Below, piece after piece: positions 1 through 9,392 of a stretch of DNA of 64,000 nucleotides. A model generated the notes under the pieces. The model had not been told where the DNA came from. It did not search any database and worked only from the letters and a program-made list of their open reading frames with translations. The stretch's first letter is position 1; every line of letters begins with the position of its first letter. Where the stretch lies: positions 1-64,000 of the IMG/VR virus record IMGVR_UViG_3300025012_000029. One strand, written 5' to 3'. A program made the translations under genes and the position numbers. The DNA comes from a virus. Its lineage: Duplodnaviria; Caudoviricetes.

Positions 1-153
1 TGGTATGTTGAAGGAAAGCGATGTCATGCTGTCCTTTGCTTTCGCAAAGGACAAACAATAACAAAGAAACCTATTGAATCTAAAACAGAAGCATATAAAA
101 TGATGTGCGATAACCTATCAAAAGGAATTTGTTCGTGGGTTGAACCATTGTGA
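1..153 (+). CDS. 3' end of a hypothetical protein entering from the left edge
   Basis: Frame 1 is open from base 1 to TGA at 151-153 (WYVEGKRCHAVLCFRKGQ...CSWVEPL*). Read by hand. Confidence 0.45.
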   Translation, partial: WYVEGKRCHAVLCFRKGQTITKKPIESKTEAYKMMCDNLSKGICSWVEPL

Positions 154-240
154 AATGAAAAACTATCGATAACGAGACGTTGGTTCTAAAAACACAATCC
201 TGTTAGTTAAAGTAACTCAAAATAAGGACATAATTCAACC

Positions 241-432
241 ATGACAATCAATCATAATAAAATGAAGAAAGATATAGAAACCATCAATGTGGCATATGCT
301 ACTTTGGCAAAGCTTGAAGACATTAGAAAAGAAATTAAATTTCATAAAGAAAAGATTGCTCTCCTGGATAAGGAACTTGATGAAGTTTTTCTTTCTTTGT
401 GTTCATTGACGAATACAAAGTTTGTTGAATGA
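241..432 (+). CDS. Small coiled-coil hypothetical protein
   Basis: 63-aa ORF with an AAGGA SD-like sequence upstream and heptad-like composition. Confidence 0.55.
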   Translation: MTINHNKMKKDIETINVAYATLAKLEDIRKEIKFHKEKIALLDKELDEVFLSLCSLTNTKFVE

Positions 433-552
433 TTATTTTTTTGTTCCCGCTTATGTCTCTCTCATAATGAAACATAAGGATTTTCACATAAATCGACATA
501 TGTAGGGTTTCTCACAATTGTTTATATTTCTTGTCTGTGAGATGATTGAAAC

Positions 553-765
553 ATGAAGAAGCAGACACGAAGTAAACTGGAACAATTGATGAAAAGCCAC
601 GACTGGTTCTATGAATGGTCGGATGACCATGGTGTGCGGGAACGTGGAAAACAAAGCTTCTCCATTATCAAAGGTGCGCTTGCTACATTGCCTCACGAGG
701 AAGCCAAGGAATTGTGTGGGATATGTATGGCCCCTATCGGTCTTTCTTTTCCTCGATCTCGTTGA
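553..765 (+). CDS. Hypothetical phage protein
   Basis: 70-aa ORF (HDWFYEWSDD motif), co-directional with its neighbours. Confidence 0.6.
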   Translation: MKKQTRSKLEQLMKSHDWFYEWSDDHGVRERGKQSFSIIKGALATLPHEEAKELCGICMAPIGLSFPRSR

Positions 766-780
766 AAGCTGGTTAAAGCA

Positions 781-1107
781 ATGACAACAACTCAACACGT
801 TGCCACAACTCCTAGCTGCGTTCCCAAGCGCCTCAGGCGCCCTATGCCGATGTCAACATCATCGAAGAAACAAGAAGCCAAGGGAAGCGTAAGTGCTCTC
901 TCGTCAGAGAACGTTGCTGATTTGACATCGGCATTGATAAATCTTGGTGTAGGCAAAAGAGACGCAAAGAGTAGAGTGGACGACATTATCCTACATTATC
1001 CCCAAACTGGTGTTAAATTTGAATTGCTTTTGCGTGAGTTGCTGCGTGGACTCAAGAAACCTACACAATCGCAAAAACTTGGGGATTTAAACCTTCATGC
1101 TTATTGA
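781..1107 (+). CDS. Protein with a RuvA C-terminal (domain III)-like helical domain
   Basis: DLTSALINLGVGKRDAKSRVDDI resembles the RuvA domain III pattern EAVAALVALGY.P.EA...V. Confidence 0.5.
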   Translation: MTTTQHVATTPSCVPKRLRRPMPMSTSSKKQEAKGSVSALSSENVADLTSALINLGVGKRDAKSRVDDIILHYPQTGVKFELLLRELLRGLKKPTQSQKLGDLNLHAY

Positions 1108-1225
1108 CTTGTTTAAGTGGAGACTTACCTAGAATCGAACTGTTTGCCCGACAAAGATTCGATGGTTGGGGATGTTTGGGGAAATGAAGCATATGATTCA
1201 TTGTGCCCCTAATTACTAGGGCATC

Positions 1226-1831
1226 ATGACGATGAAAACTTTATTGGAAAGGTGGAAGAAATCTATCACTGAAGCTTCGGAAGAAATTGGGATAGAGGAT
1301 ATCGAAGGTATCTCAGACAGTCCACCAGAAGGATCAAGAATTCTCCGGAGAGATGTAATAGATTTTCTTGTTGATGCTTATGCCAAAAACCCGTCTGGTC
1401 CGGTTCAACTCGCTGTTAAATATGCCAACTTCGAATCGTTCTACGACAAGAGAATGCATGATGCTGCAGCAAGCTATGACGCAAAATATAGAGCATTGTT
1501 TCTCAATTCTGACATAAAAGACTTTGATCCTAGGGATTGGATTATGGTAACGTTACATGAAATATTTCACTACAATCAACATATGTTGTGGAATAAAGAT
1601 ATGAACTATCGAAAAAGAATTGTTGGTTCTTCCAAACTGCCACCAGGGTTTACAAAGGATAATCTAAACAAATTAGATTTTGTTACACTATCTTTGTTCT
1701 GGAATAAAGAATATCCAAGCGAAAACGACGATCCAATGGAAATAGACGCATGGAATCAAACTGATAAAAACATAAATACTGCTATGCAAAAAGCTCTTCG
1801 CTACGTAAAATCTATTAAAAGAAAACGATGA
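1226..1831 (+). CDS. Zincin-like metallopeptidase
   Basis: HEIFH (HExxH) plus a downstream EIDA candidate third ligand. Confidence 0.6.
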   Translation: MTMKTLLERWKKSITEASEEIGIEDIEGISDSPPEGSRILRRDVIDFLVDAYAKNPSGPVQLAVKYANFESFYDKRMHDAAASYDAKYRALFLNSDIKDFDPRDWIMVTLHEIFHYNQHMLWNKDMNYRKRIVGSSKLPPGFTKDNLNKLDFVTLSLFWNKEYPSENDDPMEIDAWNQTDKNINTAMQKALRYVKSIKRKR

Positions 1832-1841
1832 TGGATAACTT

Positions 1842-2162
1842 ATGACGCCCGAAGAGTTTGATAAAATTTTTGAAGAAGCTGAAATTGGAGACTTGCTGGT
1901 TGATAAGAGTCTTAATTTAACTCAAAACGAAATAGATGAAGGTATAAAAGAATCCTATTTATATCTTTTTCTCTCAAAACCTGAATTTCGAACTGAAGAG
2001 TTCCCCGGTGTAGGCATGCCCAGATCCAGTTACCACAGTTATTGGGCTGCTAACTTTAAAGAACTAAATTATCCTAATTTGCGAGTAATCCAATTCTCCA
2101 AGGAAGACTCACACAAGAACAGTGAAATGAAGTTGATTAAAAGAAGGAAAAATAGGTTATAA
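1842..2162 (+). CDS. Hypothetical protein, paralog 1 of a local array
   Basis: EEFDKIFEEAEIGDLL...EMKLIK is shared with the ORF at 2349-2687. Confidence 0.6.
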   Translation: MTPEEFDKIFEEAEIGDLLVDKSLNLTQNEIDEGIKESYLYLFLSKPEFRTEEFPGVGMPRSSYHSYWAANFKELNYPNLRVIQFSKEDSHKNSEMKLIKRRKNRL

Positions 2163-2167
2163 ATGAT

Positions 2168-2401
2168 ATGGACCATATATCCGCAATAGAATTCTATAAA
2201 TTATTTTCTTCTCTTTGTCCTGGAGATTTACTCATTGAGGAACGTCCGCATTGGTGGACAAATAATGTTCCTAATGTTATTGGATGAAAAATATACAGCG
2301 CTCGGATCCGAAAATTCTGATCAATAGTGTCGATTGAACTAAAATGTATTGACGTACGCAACAATACGAGATATAATAGAAGATTCAATGATGAGAAATG
2401 A
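2168..2401 (+). pseudogene. Decayed middle paralog of the array
   Basis: ATG at 2168 gives MDHISAIEFYKLFSSLCPGDLLI, the same N-terminal pattern as its neighbours. The frame is interrupted by TGA at 2285 and a second in-frame TGA. Confidence 0.5.
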
Positions 2402-2687
2402 TGAATTTTATAGGGTCATTTCTTCTGCCGATGTTGGGGATTTAATATCTTACAAAATTCCTTACATCGACGAAACGACTAATGGCAAATTAGGTATCTA
2501 TAAAAACGTCATTCTCGTATTACGTAAACCCAGTCCTTTTGTTCACTCAAAAAGGTTTAAAACTCACTACTTCAAACTCGAAGCGATACCAATAGATGAA
2601 ATATCTTGCGGACTCAACAAGAGAGAAATGGTATTATATAATGAAGGAGAATTTAAGCTGATTAAGTGCCAGAAGAATAAGAAATAA
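2349..2687 (+). CDS. Hypothetical protein, paralog 3 of the array (likely start ATG 2388 or 2391)
   Basis: DEFYRVISSADVGDLI...EFKLIK. Confidence 0.6.
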   Translation: MTYATIRDIIEDSMMRNDEFYRVISSADVGDLISYKIPYIDETTNGKLGIYKNVILVLRKPSPFVHSKRFKTHYFKLEAIPIDEISCGLNKREMVLYNEGEFKLIKCQKNKK

Positions 2688-2692
2688 TTTGT

Positions 2693-3028
2693 CTACTTTC
2701 CTTCTCTTTTGATTCTCGCTCGCTCAACAGCTTTGAGATATTTTGCTTTGATTGTTTGTTCGTCATAATCAGTTCTTTCCTTTTCTGACTTGAGCTCTAT
2801 GCCTTTGATTTTTCCCGCTGTCATGGGCAGTCCGGCATGCTTTGATATATCAACAGCAATCTCTGACTGTGCTTTTAATATATCACTGGCAGTTACTTTT
2901 TTTACATATTCTTTTGTTAAAGAGTCTTGATGTTTCTTATTTGAGAAGAGATAACATTCATATAAAATGATTATTGCGCAGATCGATAGAACACCAATTA
3001 TAGCATATTCCAACATGATTTTTTCCAC
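2693..3028 (-). CDS. Membrane-anchored hypothetical protein
   Basis: N-terminal hydrophobic helix YAIIGVLSICAIIILY. First gene of the long - strand block, convergent with the + block. Confidence 0.6.
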   Translation of the reverse strand: MEKIMLEYAIIGVLSICAIIILYECYLFSNKKHQDSLTKEYVKKVTASDILKAQSEIAVDISKHAGLPMTAGKIKGIELKSEKERTDYDEQTIKAKYLKAVERARIKREGK

Positions 3029-3038
3029 ACCTCAAAAA

Positions 3039-3320
3039 CTACGGACTCTCATAGTCCAACCAAGCTTGTTCGTCATCATTCCATAGTGAATCCAGTTCTT
3101 CACTGCGGGTTAGATCGTTTCCAAAAAATATATCGAGATCTTTATCGTCGTCTTCATTATTACCAAAAAAAGAAGCTTCTGCCTCCAGTGATTTATTTAA
3201 CATTTCCAGCACCTCATCATAGTGTTCTTCTGGAATGGATTCTTCCATTTCTGACAAATTTTGATATGCCTCATCGATGGTCAATTTATTTCGTTTAAAA
3301 TCAAGACAGATAATACACAC
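3039..3320 (-). CDS. Acidic hypothetical protein
   Basis: 93-aa ORF with an N-terminal CxxC. Confidence 0.55.
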   Translation of the reverse strand: MCIICLDFKRNKLTIDEAYQNLSEMEESIPEEHYDEVLEMLNKSLEAEASFFGNNEDDDKDLDIFFGNDLTRSEELDSLWNDDEQAWLDYESP

Positions 3321-3355
3321 TTGTTAATCCTCCAATGTTTTCTTCCAAAGAGTTT

Positions 3356-3550
3356 TCAACTCTTTGTCTCTTCTAATTTTATTTTTACCAATTCTTCATC
3401 TTTGGTATGTTCTGCTTCAGCAAAGAGATGACGCCGGAACTCCTCGCGAAGCGCGTCAACGTTGTTCAACAACTTCTCCTGGTCCTCCCACTTTTCGTCA
3501 AAAGATTGTTCGCGGAGAAGTATGTGTTGCCATGCTCTAAATATATTCAC
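3356..3550 (-). CDS. Hypothetical protein
   Basis: 64-aa ORF overlapping the Nudix gene stop. Confidence 0.5.
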   Translation of the reverse strand: MNIFRAWQHILLREQSFDEKWEDQEKLLNNVDALREEFRRHLFAEAEHTKDEELVKIKLEETKS

Positions 3551-3938
3551 TTACAATTCTCCTAGTGATATCTTTCAATTCCGGAACACAATCATAAAAT
3601 TTAATCTCTTGAATTGTCACCCAAACATAACTAATATGCTCATCGCTAATTAGGACGTTTGAATCAGCAAAAAAATGAAATTTCTTTGCAAGGAAATAAG
3701 ACACGTCGACATCTAAATCTTTCATTGGCGATCTGTAAACCAACACTAATTCATCAGCTACTATATTTGTCTCTTCCAACAATTCCCTTTTGGCGCCTTC
3801 CAGAATAGATTCATTTTTATCAATTCTACCACCAGGAAGGCACCATTGACTTGGACACCAATAGTCATCCAATGCTCTTTGTAAAATAAGAAATTTATTA
3901 TCAGGATTGATAACCCAAACGACTGTAGCTAATCTCAT
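3537..3938 (-). CDS. Nudix hydrolase
   Basis: Canonical Nudix box GGRIDKNESILEGAKRELLEET. Confidence 0.92.
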   Translation of the reverse strand: MRLATVVWVINPDNKFLILQRALDDYWCPSQWCLPGGRIDKNESILEGAKRELLEETNIVADELVLVYRSPMKDLDVDVSYFLAKKFHFFADSNVLISDEHISYVWVTIQEIKFYDCVPELKDITRRIVSEYI

Positions 3939-4177
3939 CGATTCTTATTCTTTATCTCATTGATCGAGGTTTTGAGTGTATCAATTATTTCTAACTTATC
4001 CTCAGTGGTTCTTTTTGTCAACTGTTCCTTAATGAACTTAAAATGTGCTTCGATGTAATGCTTTGCTGTTTCGTCGCAATATGGACACGTTCTGCCGTTA
4101 TGATTTGATTTAGTTCCTAGACAAATACCGCACCTAACTCTTATATAAAGACGTTCATCCGCTAGATCGTCACTCAT
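3935..4177 (-). CDS. Small zinc-finger protein
   Basis: CGIC...CPYC, DnaJ-like CxxCxG repeats. 4-nt overlap with the Nudix start. Confidence 0.6.
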   Translation of the reverse strand: MSDDLADERLYIRVRCGICLGTKSNHNGRTCPYCDETAKHYIEAHFKFIKEQLTKRTTEDKLEIIDTLKTSINEIKNKNR

Positions 4178-4221
4178 TGTATTATAATTATGATTTTAAA
4201 ATAAAAGAAATGTAGTCTTAA

Positions 4222-4512
4222 TTAACCTTTTAAGAGTTTCTTATTGTTTCTTATTTTTTCTTCTATTTGTCCAAGAGATCCAACAACAATAGCAAACATA
4301 TTATTCCCTAAGATGATTCTTGTGAATTCTTGATCCGGATGTAGTCCCTTTAAAGCATCGGGCATATTGGTTTTACAAAGACATTTCATATTCTCGTCGG
4401 GAGACATTTTGATAATGAATTCAGGATTGATAACTATTTCACGTAATTTCCAGTCTGGCAGAACATCAAGTGAATTATCCCCCCGAAGGAATATCTCTAC
4501 AAGTTTTATCAT
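4222..4512 (-). CDS. Hypothetical phage protein
   Basis: 96-aa ORF in an operon-like context. Confidence 0.6.
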   Translation of the reverse strand: MIKLVEIFLRGDNSLDVLPDWKLREIVINPEFIIKMSPDENMKCLCKTNMPDALKGLHPDQEFTRIILGNNMFAIVVGSLGQIEEKIRNNKKLLKG

Positions 4513-4885
4513 AATTTTCTTTTTCTTTCTCCAATTCTTTTTGGAGTTGTTGCTGTACTTCTTCGTTAATCACAGAAGACTCTTTTATTTCTTTCTTAGC
4601 TAGAAAGATCTCCGATTCTGTTTTTTGTGCTTGTGCCAGTATGTAACAATAGTCTTCCAAACTGGAGTCAATTTCTGAAAGTTGCTCCCTATACTGAGAA
4701 ATGTCATCAATAATTTGAGATATATTTTCACCGTCTCTCAAACGCCGAGCCAGTGAGGATAGGCTTTGCGTATTCGAGCCAAAAGATGTGTTCCAATTAA
4801 TCGAGTTACATATTTTATCAATTAGATCCGCAATTGTGTTTGGAACATCCCTTAAATTAATTTGATAGTTTATTCGCACTTTCAC
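4475..4885 (-). CDS. Coiled-coil hypothetical protein
   Basis: 136-aa ORF. Confidence 0.6.
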   Translation of the reverse strand: MKVRINYQINLRDVPNTIADLIDKICNSINWNTSFGSNTQSLSSLARRLRDGENISQIIDDISQYREQLSEIDSSLEDYCYILAQAQKTESEIFLAKKEIKESSVINEEVQQQLQKELEKEKENYDKTCRDIPSGG

Positions 4886-5597
4886 TTACATTTTCTTCCT
4901 TTCGTTTGGGTTGTTTCTTTTTCAGAAACCGTTCTTCAACTTCGATAATACGTGTAGTCCCGAATGGGAGAACTTTGTACTTTTTCCCACCTTTCACAGC
5001 GCTGGTAACTGGAGATGAATCAGTTTGAATCACATATGCTGGTTTAAAAGCTCTAGGAACGTCTCTATCAAGCTTGTTCGTTATGTAGACGAGAGATTTT
5101 ACAGGGAACTTTGGAGTGCTCAGAGTAGCTTCTAGCACCGCTCTAGCATACTTGTTTCCCGTCATGGCATCGAACTGTTTCTCAGTTGGAATAAATGTAG
5201 GATCTTGTAGAATTTTGAGTGCATTTTGATGAAAATAAGTTGTTCCCGAGTAGTATCTTGCTGCGATGGTAAGCATTTCTCTCATGTGTAGGTCTTTAAC
5301 GTACTTATCCTGCCACTCTTTTGCTTGTTCCTTTTTTTGTGGGGAAAAGGCGGATTCAATCCTCTCAAATGCGCGTAACTGCCTCTTTGTAAGACCGTTA
5401 TGTATACTAACAAATTCCTTTAAGGATTTAAGGAAATCCCTACTGCTAGTGTTCAGTGTAGGTTCTTTCAGAATCGATTCGATCCTGTCTTTGAATGATG
5501 AATTGATAACAATTGTATTCTGCGCATACATCATAGTATTACTATACGCTGACTGAATATAAATGTCAATAGAGAATTTATGAGACAGAAAAGACAC
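4857..5597 (-). CDS. Hypothetical protein
   Basis: 246-aa ORF; no motif recognised. Confidence 0.65.
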   Translation of the reverse strand: MSFLSHKFSIDIYIQSAYSNTMMYAQNTIVINSSFKDRIESILKEPTLNTSSRDFLKSLKEFVSIHNGLTKRQLRAFERIESAFSPQKKEQAKEWQDKYVKDLHMREMLTIAARYYSGTTYFHQNALKILQDPTFIPTEKQFDAMTGNKYARAVLEATLSTPKFPVKSLVYITNKLDRDVPRAFKPAYVIQTDSSPVTSAVKGGKKYKVLPFGTTRIIEVEERFLKKKQPKRKEENVSESANKLSN

Positions 5598-5611
5598 AGG
5601 GGGGTTAACTC

Positions 5612-5947
5612 TTATCTGTTGTTGGTGCGCAAGTTGTCAAGTTTGCCCTCAATCTTACCTAACCCCATTAGCAATTGACTTTGTTGTTGTTGTAGGACAT
5701 CCAACTTCATTGATTGATCTCTGAGGTTCTCTTCTACAGTCTCGATTTTTGTTTCTAAAACTTGCCCATTGCCGCGATCATAATATTTTTCGTTTGCTCT
5801 TCCGTCGAGGTATGTTGTCACGGTAACGACCGAAACAACACCAGCAATAAATATGCCTACAACTGCTATGATAAATGTTTTAATATTAAGGAAATTTCGA
5901 ACTGTCTTGACATCAACTTCGCCGTTTGACATTAATAGACCCTCCAA
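5612..5947 (-). CDS. Single-pass membrane protein with a coiled coil (lysis role possible, unproven)
   Basis: FIIAVVGIFIAGVVSVVTV transmembrane segment followed by a coiled coil. Confidence 0.55.
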   Translation of the reverse strand: MEGLLMSNGEVDVKTVRNFLNIKTFIIAVVGIFIAGVVSVVTVTTYLDGRANEKYYDRGNGQVLETKIETVEENLRDQSMKLDVLQQQQSQLLMGLGKIEGKLDNLRTNNR

Positions 5948-6009
5948 GGAATGAGATGATTTAAAGTAACTAGGAAGAATAAAACTATTATGTCTCTGAA
6001 ATTAATTTA

Positions 6010-7599
6010 TCATACTTCAACTATCGCGACAGACGTTGAGAGTAGAGTTCCAGCAGCACTTGCGGCATTTTGTAACGAACATCGAACAACTTTAAAAGGA
6101 TCAATAATGCCCTTTTCCATCATATTACATTCTTCATTTTTTGATATATCATATCCAAAATTCCAATCATTTGGCGTATTTAATATATTTTGAAGAAGAA
6201 CGTCAGCGCTCAGTCCGGCATTGCTAGCAATTTTCATAAATGGTTCTTTGACAGCGCGGCGAATTATATCAACACCATGACGCTGAGATTCATTTTCAAT
6301 TTCTATATTATCTAAAGCTAACGAAGCACGTACTAACGCACATCCGCCACCAGAAACAATTCCTTCTTGTTGAGCCGCATTTACTGCTTCTAGCGCATCT
6401 TCAACTCTGTGCTTCTTTTCAATCATTTCAACTTCGGTAGCTCCACCAACTTTTATGACAGCTATTCCGCTCGACAACCGTGTAACTCTATCTTGTATGC
6501 GTTCACACGCTGATATGTCGCTTGTAATTTCTATTTGATGCTTTAAAGAATCGATTCTTTCTTGTATTTTATCTTCTCTCCCGGACGCTGAAGAAACAAT
6601 TGTGGTAGCAAATTTGCTGGACTCCACAATTTGTGCCGTTCCTAAATCAGCCAATTTTATTTGCTTGAGATTAATACCAGAATCTCTACTAATAAATTTT
6701 GCTCCAGTTGTTAAAGCGATATCATCTAAAATATTTCGTCTTTCTTCTCCATACCTCGGAGCTTTGATAGCGCATACTTTTATATTGCCCTTCAGCGTAT
6801 TCATAATGAGAGCGGCCAATGCCTGTCCTTCTACTTGTTCAGCAATTATCACAAAAGATTTTTCAGCTCTCGAAACAAGTTCAAGTGCTGGTAAAATCTC
6901 CTCGATTGTACTAATATTTTTGTCCGTCACCATCACGAGACAATCTTCATATCGCATTACTCCTCGGCGCTCATCAGTTATGAACGCATTGGCAATTAAA
7001 CCAGAATCAAAAGAAAAACCCTCCGACACATCTAAAATAGTTTCTGACGTTCTTCCTTCTTGAATGGTTATTGACCCGTCTTTGCCGATTTTATCAACAG
7101 CAATGCCAATCAATTCCCCTATTGCTTTGTCTCCATTTGCACTAATGGTTGCTATTTGTACTATTTGTTCAATAGATGATATTGGTTTTGAGTGTTTTTC
7201 AACTTCCTTTACAATCAATTCAACTGCTTTATCTATTCCATTTTTAAGGTCTATTGAAGAATCGCCCGCTGTGATGTAGGATTGAGCCTTCTGAAAAATA
7301 GCATTGGCAATAATAATAGAAGTTGTGGTGCCATCACCTGCTTGCGCTACCGTCGATTCGGCCGCTTGTTTGATAATTTGGACACCCAGGTTTTCAAATG
7401 GATCCTCTAATTCAATTGCCTTAGCACAAGTAACGCCATCTTTTGTTATTAACGGTTTAAAATTTTTTCCCTTGATTATGACTGTTCTACCTTTCGGACC
7501 TAAAGTGCTACCAACTGCATCAGCGAGAATATTAACCCCTCTTAAAATCTTATCGTTCAGGGTTTTATTTGAATCTATCAACTTCACAAACATCTCCAT
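6010..7599 (-). CDS. groL: Phage-encoded chaperonin GroEL (Cpn60)
   Basis: TLGPKGR, TKDGVT, AGDGTTT, VEDAL, GGG and IIDP motifs. 529 aa with no GGM tail. Confidence 0.97.
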   Translation of the reverse strand: MEMFVKLIDSNKTLNDKILRGVNILADAVGSTLGPKGRTVIIKGKNFKPLITKDGVTCAKAIELEDPFENLGVQIIKQAAESTVAQAGDGTTTSIIIANAIFQKAQSYITAGDSSIDLKNGIDKAVELIVKEVEKHSKPISSIEQIVQIATISANGDKAIGELIGIAVDKIGKDGSITIQEGRTSETILDVSEGFSFDSGLIANAFITDERRGVMRYEDCLVMVTDKNISTIEEILPALELVSRAEKSFVIIAEQVEGQALAALIMNTLKGNIKVCAIKAPRYGEERRNILDDIALTTGAKFISRDSGINLKQIKLADLGTAQIVESSKFATTIVSSASGREDKIQERIDSLKHQIEITSDISACERIQDRVTRLSSGIAVIKVGGATEVEMIEKKHRVEDALEAVNAAQQEGIVSGGGCALVRASLALDNIEIENESQRHGVDIIRRAVKEPFMKIASNAGLSADVLLQNILNTPNDWNFGYDISKNEECNMMEKGIIDPFKVVRCSLQNAASAAGTLLSTSVAIVEV

Positions 7600-8369
7600 T
7601 GCCTTTCAGGCATAATAAGAACTTCTTTAGAAGTTTTATTTTTAGACATACCATATTTCCACTCTGGTGTCAAGATTTTACATGATCCGTACATATCTCT
7701 AACAAATTCACAATCATTATAGGATAATATCCAATTGTCGCGCGTCAACAATAATTGATTCAATTTTTGATGATCAAAATCTTTGTGTAAATTTCCTTTA
7801 ATTCCGTACAAATTTGATTTTTTTAGCGCATACGGAGGATCACAATACAGCCATTTGTCGCCATGTAATGGTATTGAATCAACAAAATCCATTTTCTCCA
7901 CTGAAACGTTTCTCATATCAAAACTTCTTATTTTCTCAATAGAATTTCTCGTGAACCTTGGGTGTCCCGTCGAGGCGCCACCAGATAATGTTGTGCCCGA
8001 AAAACTACAACGATTTAATATAAAAAATAAAGCAGCAGTCGTGATGGCATGATTTTGTTTTTCTTCAAACTCAATCAACTTTTTTTGAAATGAATAGAAA
8101 TCTTCTGGACCAGAAAGTGGATAAAACATTTCAATTGTTCTAACAAGCATTTCGGGTTCATTTTTCACAGTTTTCCAAAACAAAACTAAACAGTGGAAAT
8201 TGTCATAACCCCATATTTTTACACCCCGAGAAGCTAATTCGAATTCAACGCCTCCACCGCCGAAAAATGGAGAACATAACTCTTTTAGATGAAATGGAAA
8301 ATAATCTGCTATTATTCTGGATGCGCGCGATTTACCGCCACAATATCTTAATAATGTTTTTTGCGGCAC
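7584..8369 (-). CDS. dam: D12-class (Dam-like) N6-adenine DNA methyltransferase
   Basis: YCGGKS, motif I SPFFGGG, motif IV YCDPPY. Confidence 0.92.
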   Translation of the reverse strand: MPQKTLLRYCGGKSRASRIIADYFPFHLKELCSPFFGGGGVEFELASRGVKIWGYDNFHCLVLFWKTVKNEPEMLVRTIEMFYPLSGPEDFYSFQKKLIEFEEKQNHAITTAALFFILNRCSFSGTTLSGGASTGHPRFTRNSIEKIRSFDMRNVSVEKMDFVDSIPLHGDKWLYCDPPYALKKSNLYGIKGNLHKDFDHQKLNQLLLTRDNWILSYNDCEFVRDMYGSCKILTPEWKYGMSKNKTSKEVLIMPERQWRCL

Positions 8370-8417
8370 AGTCTCTATCGTATCATTTATCTACAACTCT
8401 AGCAAGTGTTTTTCTGT

Positions 8418-9392
8418 CTATGTCTCACCTGACATTTTTATATTTGAAGCTAGTTTTTCTGACTCGAATTTAAATCTTGCCTTCATTAATCTATGTCCAT
8501 CTGCCATAAATCCAATCGAATTCGTGCCTACAGCAACAGCTTCGATTTTACCGTTGGAAATCAATTTAAATTTATCATCTTTGACCAGATCGAATACCTC
8601 AGCGTTATACAAACCGCCAACACCACGTCCAGTCACTTTAATGTAATATGGATTTATTGCTTCGGCATCGAACCATGCTGTCAAGATGTGCTTCCTCATT
8701 TCTGATTGGCTCATGGATTGATATTTTTTGAGCAATGCGTCCCGCAAAATCATTAACATTTGAGCGCCAGCTTCAGCAGTTTTGGCTTGAACTTTTGGAT
8801 TACTTCTAATAAATGATTTTCTCAATTTTATTCCAGCCGGGAGTTTATATTTCTTTATCATTTCGTTTTCTATATTTTTTACAAGAGAGCCAAAATCAAT
8901 TCCCAAAGTTTTAGATATTGTTCCAAGTCCTGGATTCTTAAATGCTATTTCGTTCGAAGCTTTAGTTGATTTCGCAGATATTCCCAAAAAAGAACCTTCA
9001 GAGAACTTAATCAAAATATCAGTTGGATTTTTTCTGGAATCTATGGGATAGCCTACGGCTGCAGCTAACGTTCCTGGCCTTGCCGTCCACCAAACATTAA
9101 CAACGTCCCCATCATATCCATTCATAGATGCCCATTCTAAAGCTTTTGATGCCATTGTTTTTGCGCGCCCATCTTGATCCTTGTATACTGCCGTACCAAC
9201 TTGTTTTTTTCTTGCTAACAGTCCAGCTTTTGCTTCTCTAGCATTACCAAATTTGCTCCAATCCCCTCCAGCAAGATACAGTCCTAGCAAAATTTCGTTG
9301 ATATCGGACGCAAAAGTGTTGGAAGCGGCAACTAAACCAGCTTCCATTAATTCATTTATTATTTTCTTAATTTTATTAATACAGTCAACCAT
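8418..9392 (-). CDS. Putative PD-(D/E)xK restriction-type endonuclease
   Basis: PTDILIKF...LGISAK matches the TD...SxK variant of the restriction-nuclease catalytic motif. Lies directly upstream of the MTase. Confidence 0.5.
   Translation of the reverse strand: MVDCINKIKKIINELMEAGLVAASNTFASDINEILLGLYLAGGDWSKFGNAREAKAGLLARKKQVGTAVYKDQDGRAKTMASKALEWASMNGYDGDVVNVWWTARPGTLAAAVGYPIDSRKNPTDILIKFSEGSFLGISAKSTKASNEIAFKNPGLGTISKTLGIDFGSLVKNIENEMIKKYKLPAGIKLRKSFIRSNPKVQAKTAEAGAQMLMILRDALLKKYQSMSQSEMRKHILTAWFDAEAINPYYIKVTGRGVGGLYNAEVFDLVKDDKFKLISNGKIEAVAVGTNSIGFMADGHRLMKARFKFESEKLASNIKMSGET

Noticed and set aside
5612-5947. Holin or spanin assignment for the membrane protein
   Set aside because: It has only one transmembrane helix, is not adjacent to the amidase, and shows no lipobox or recognisable family motif.
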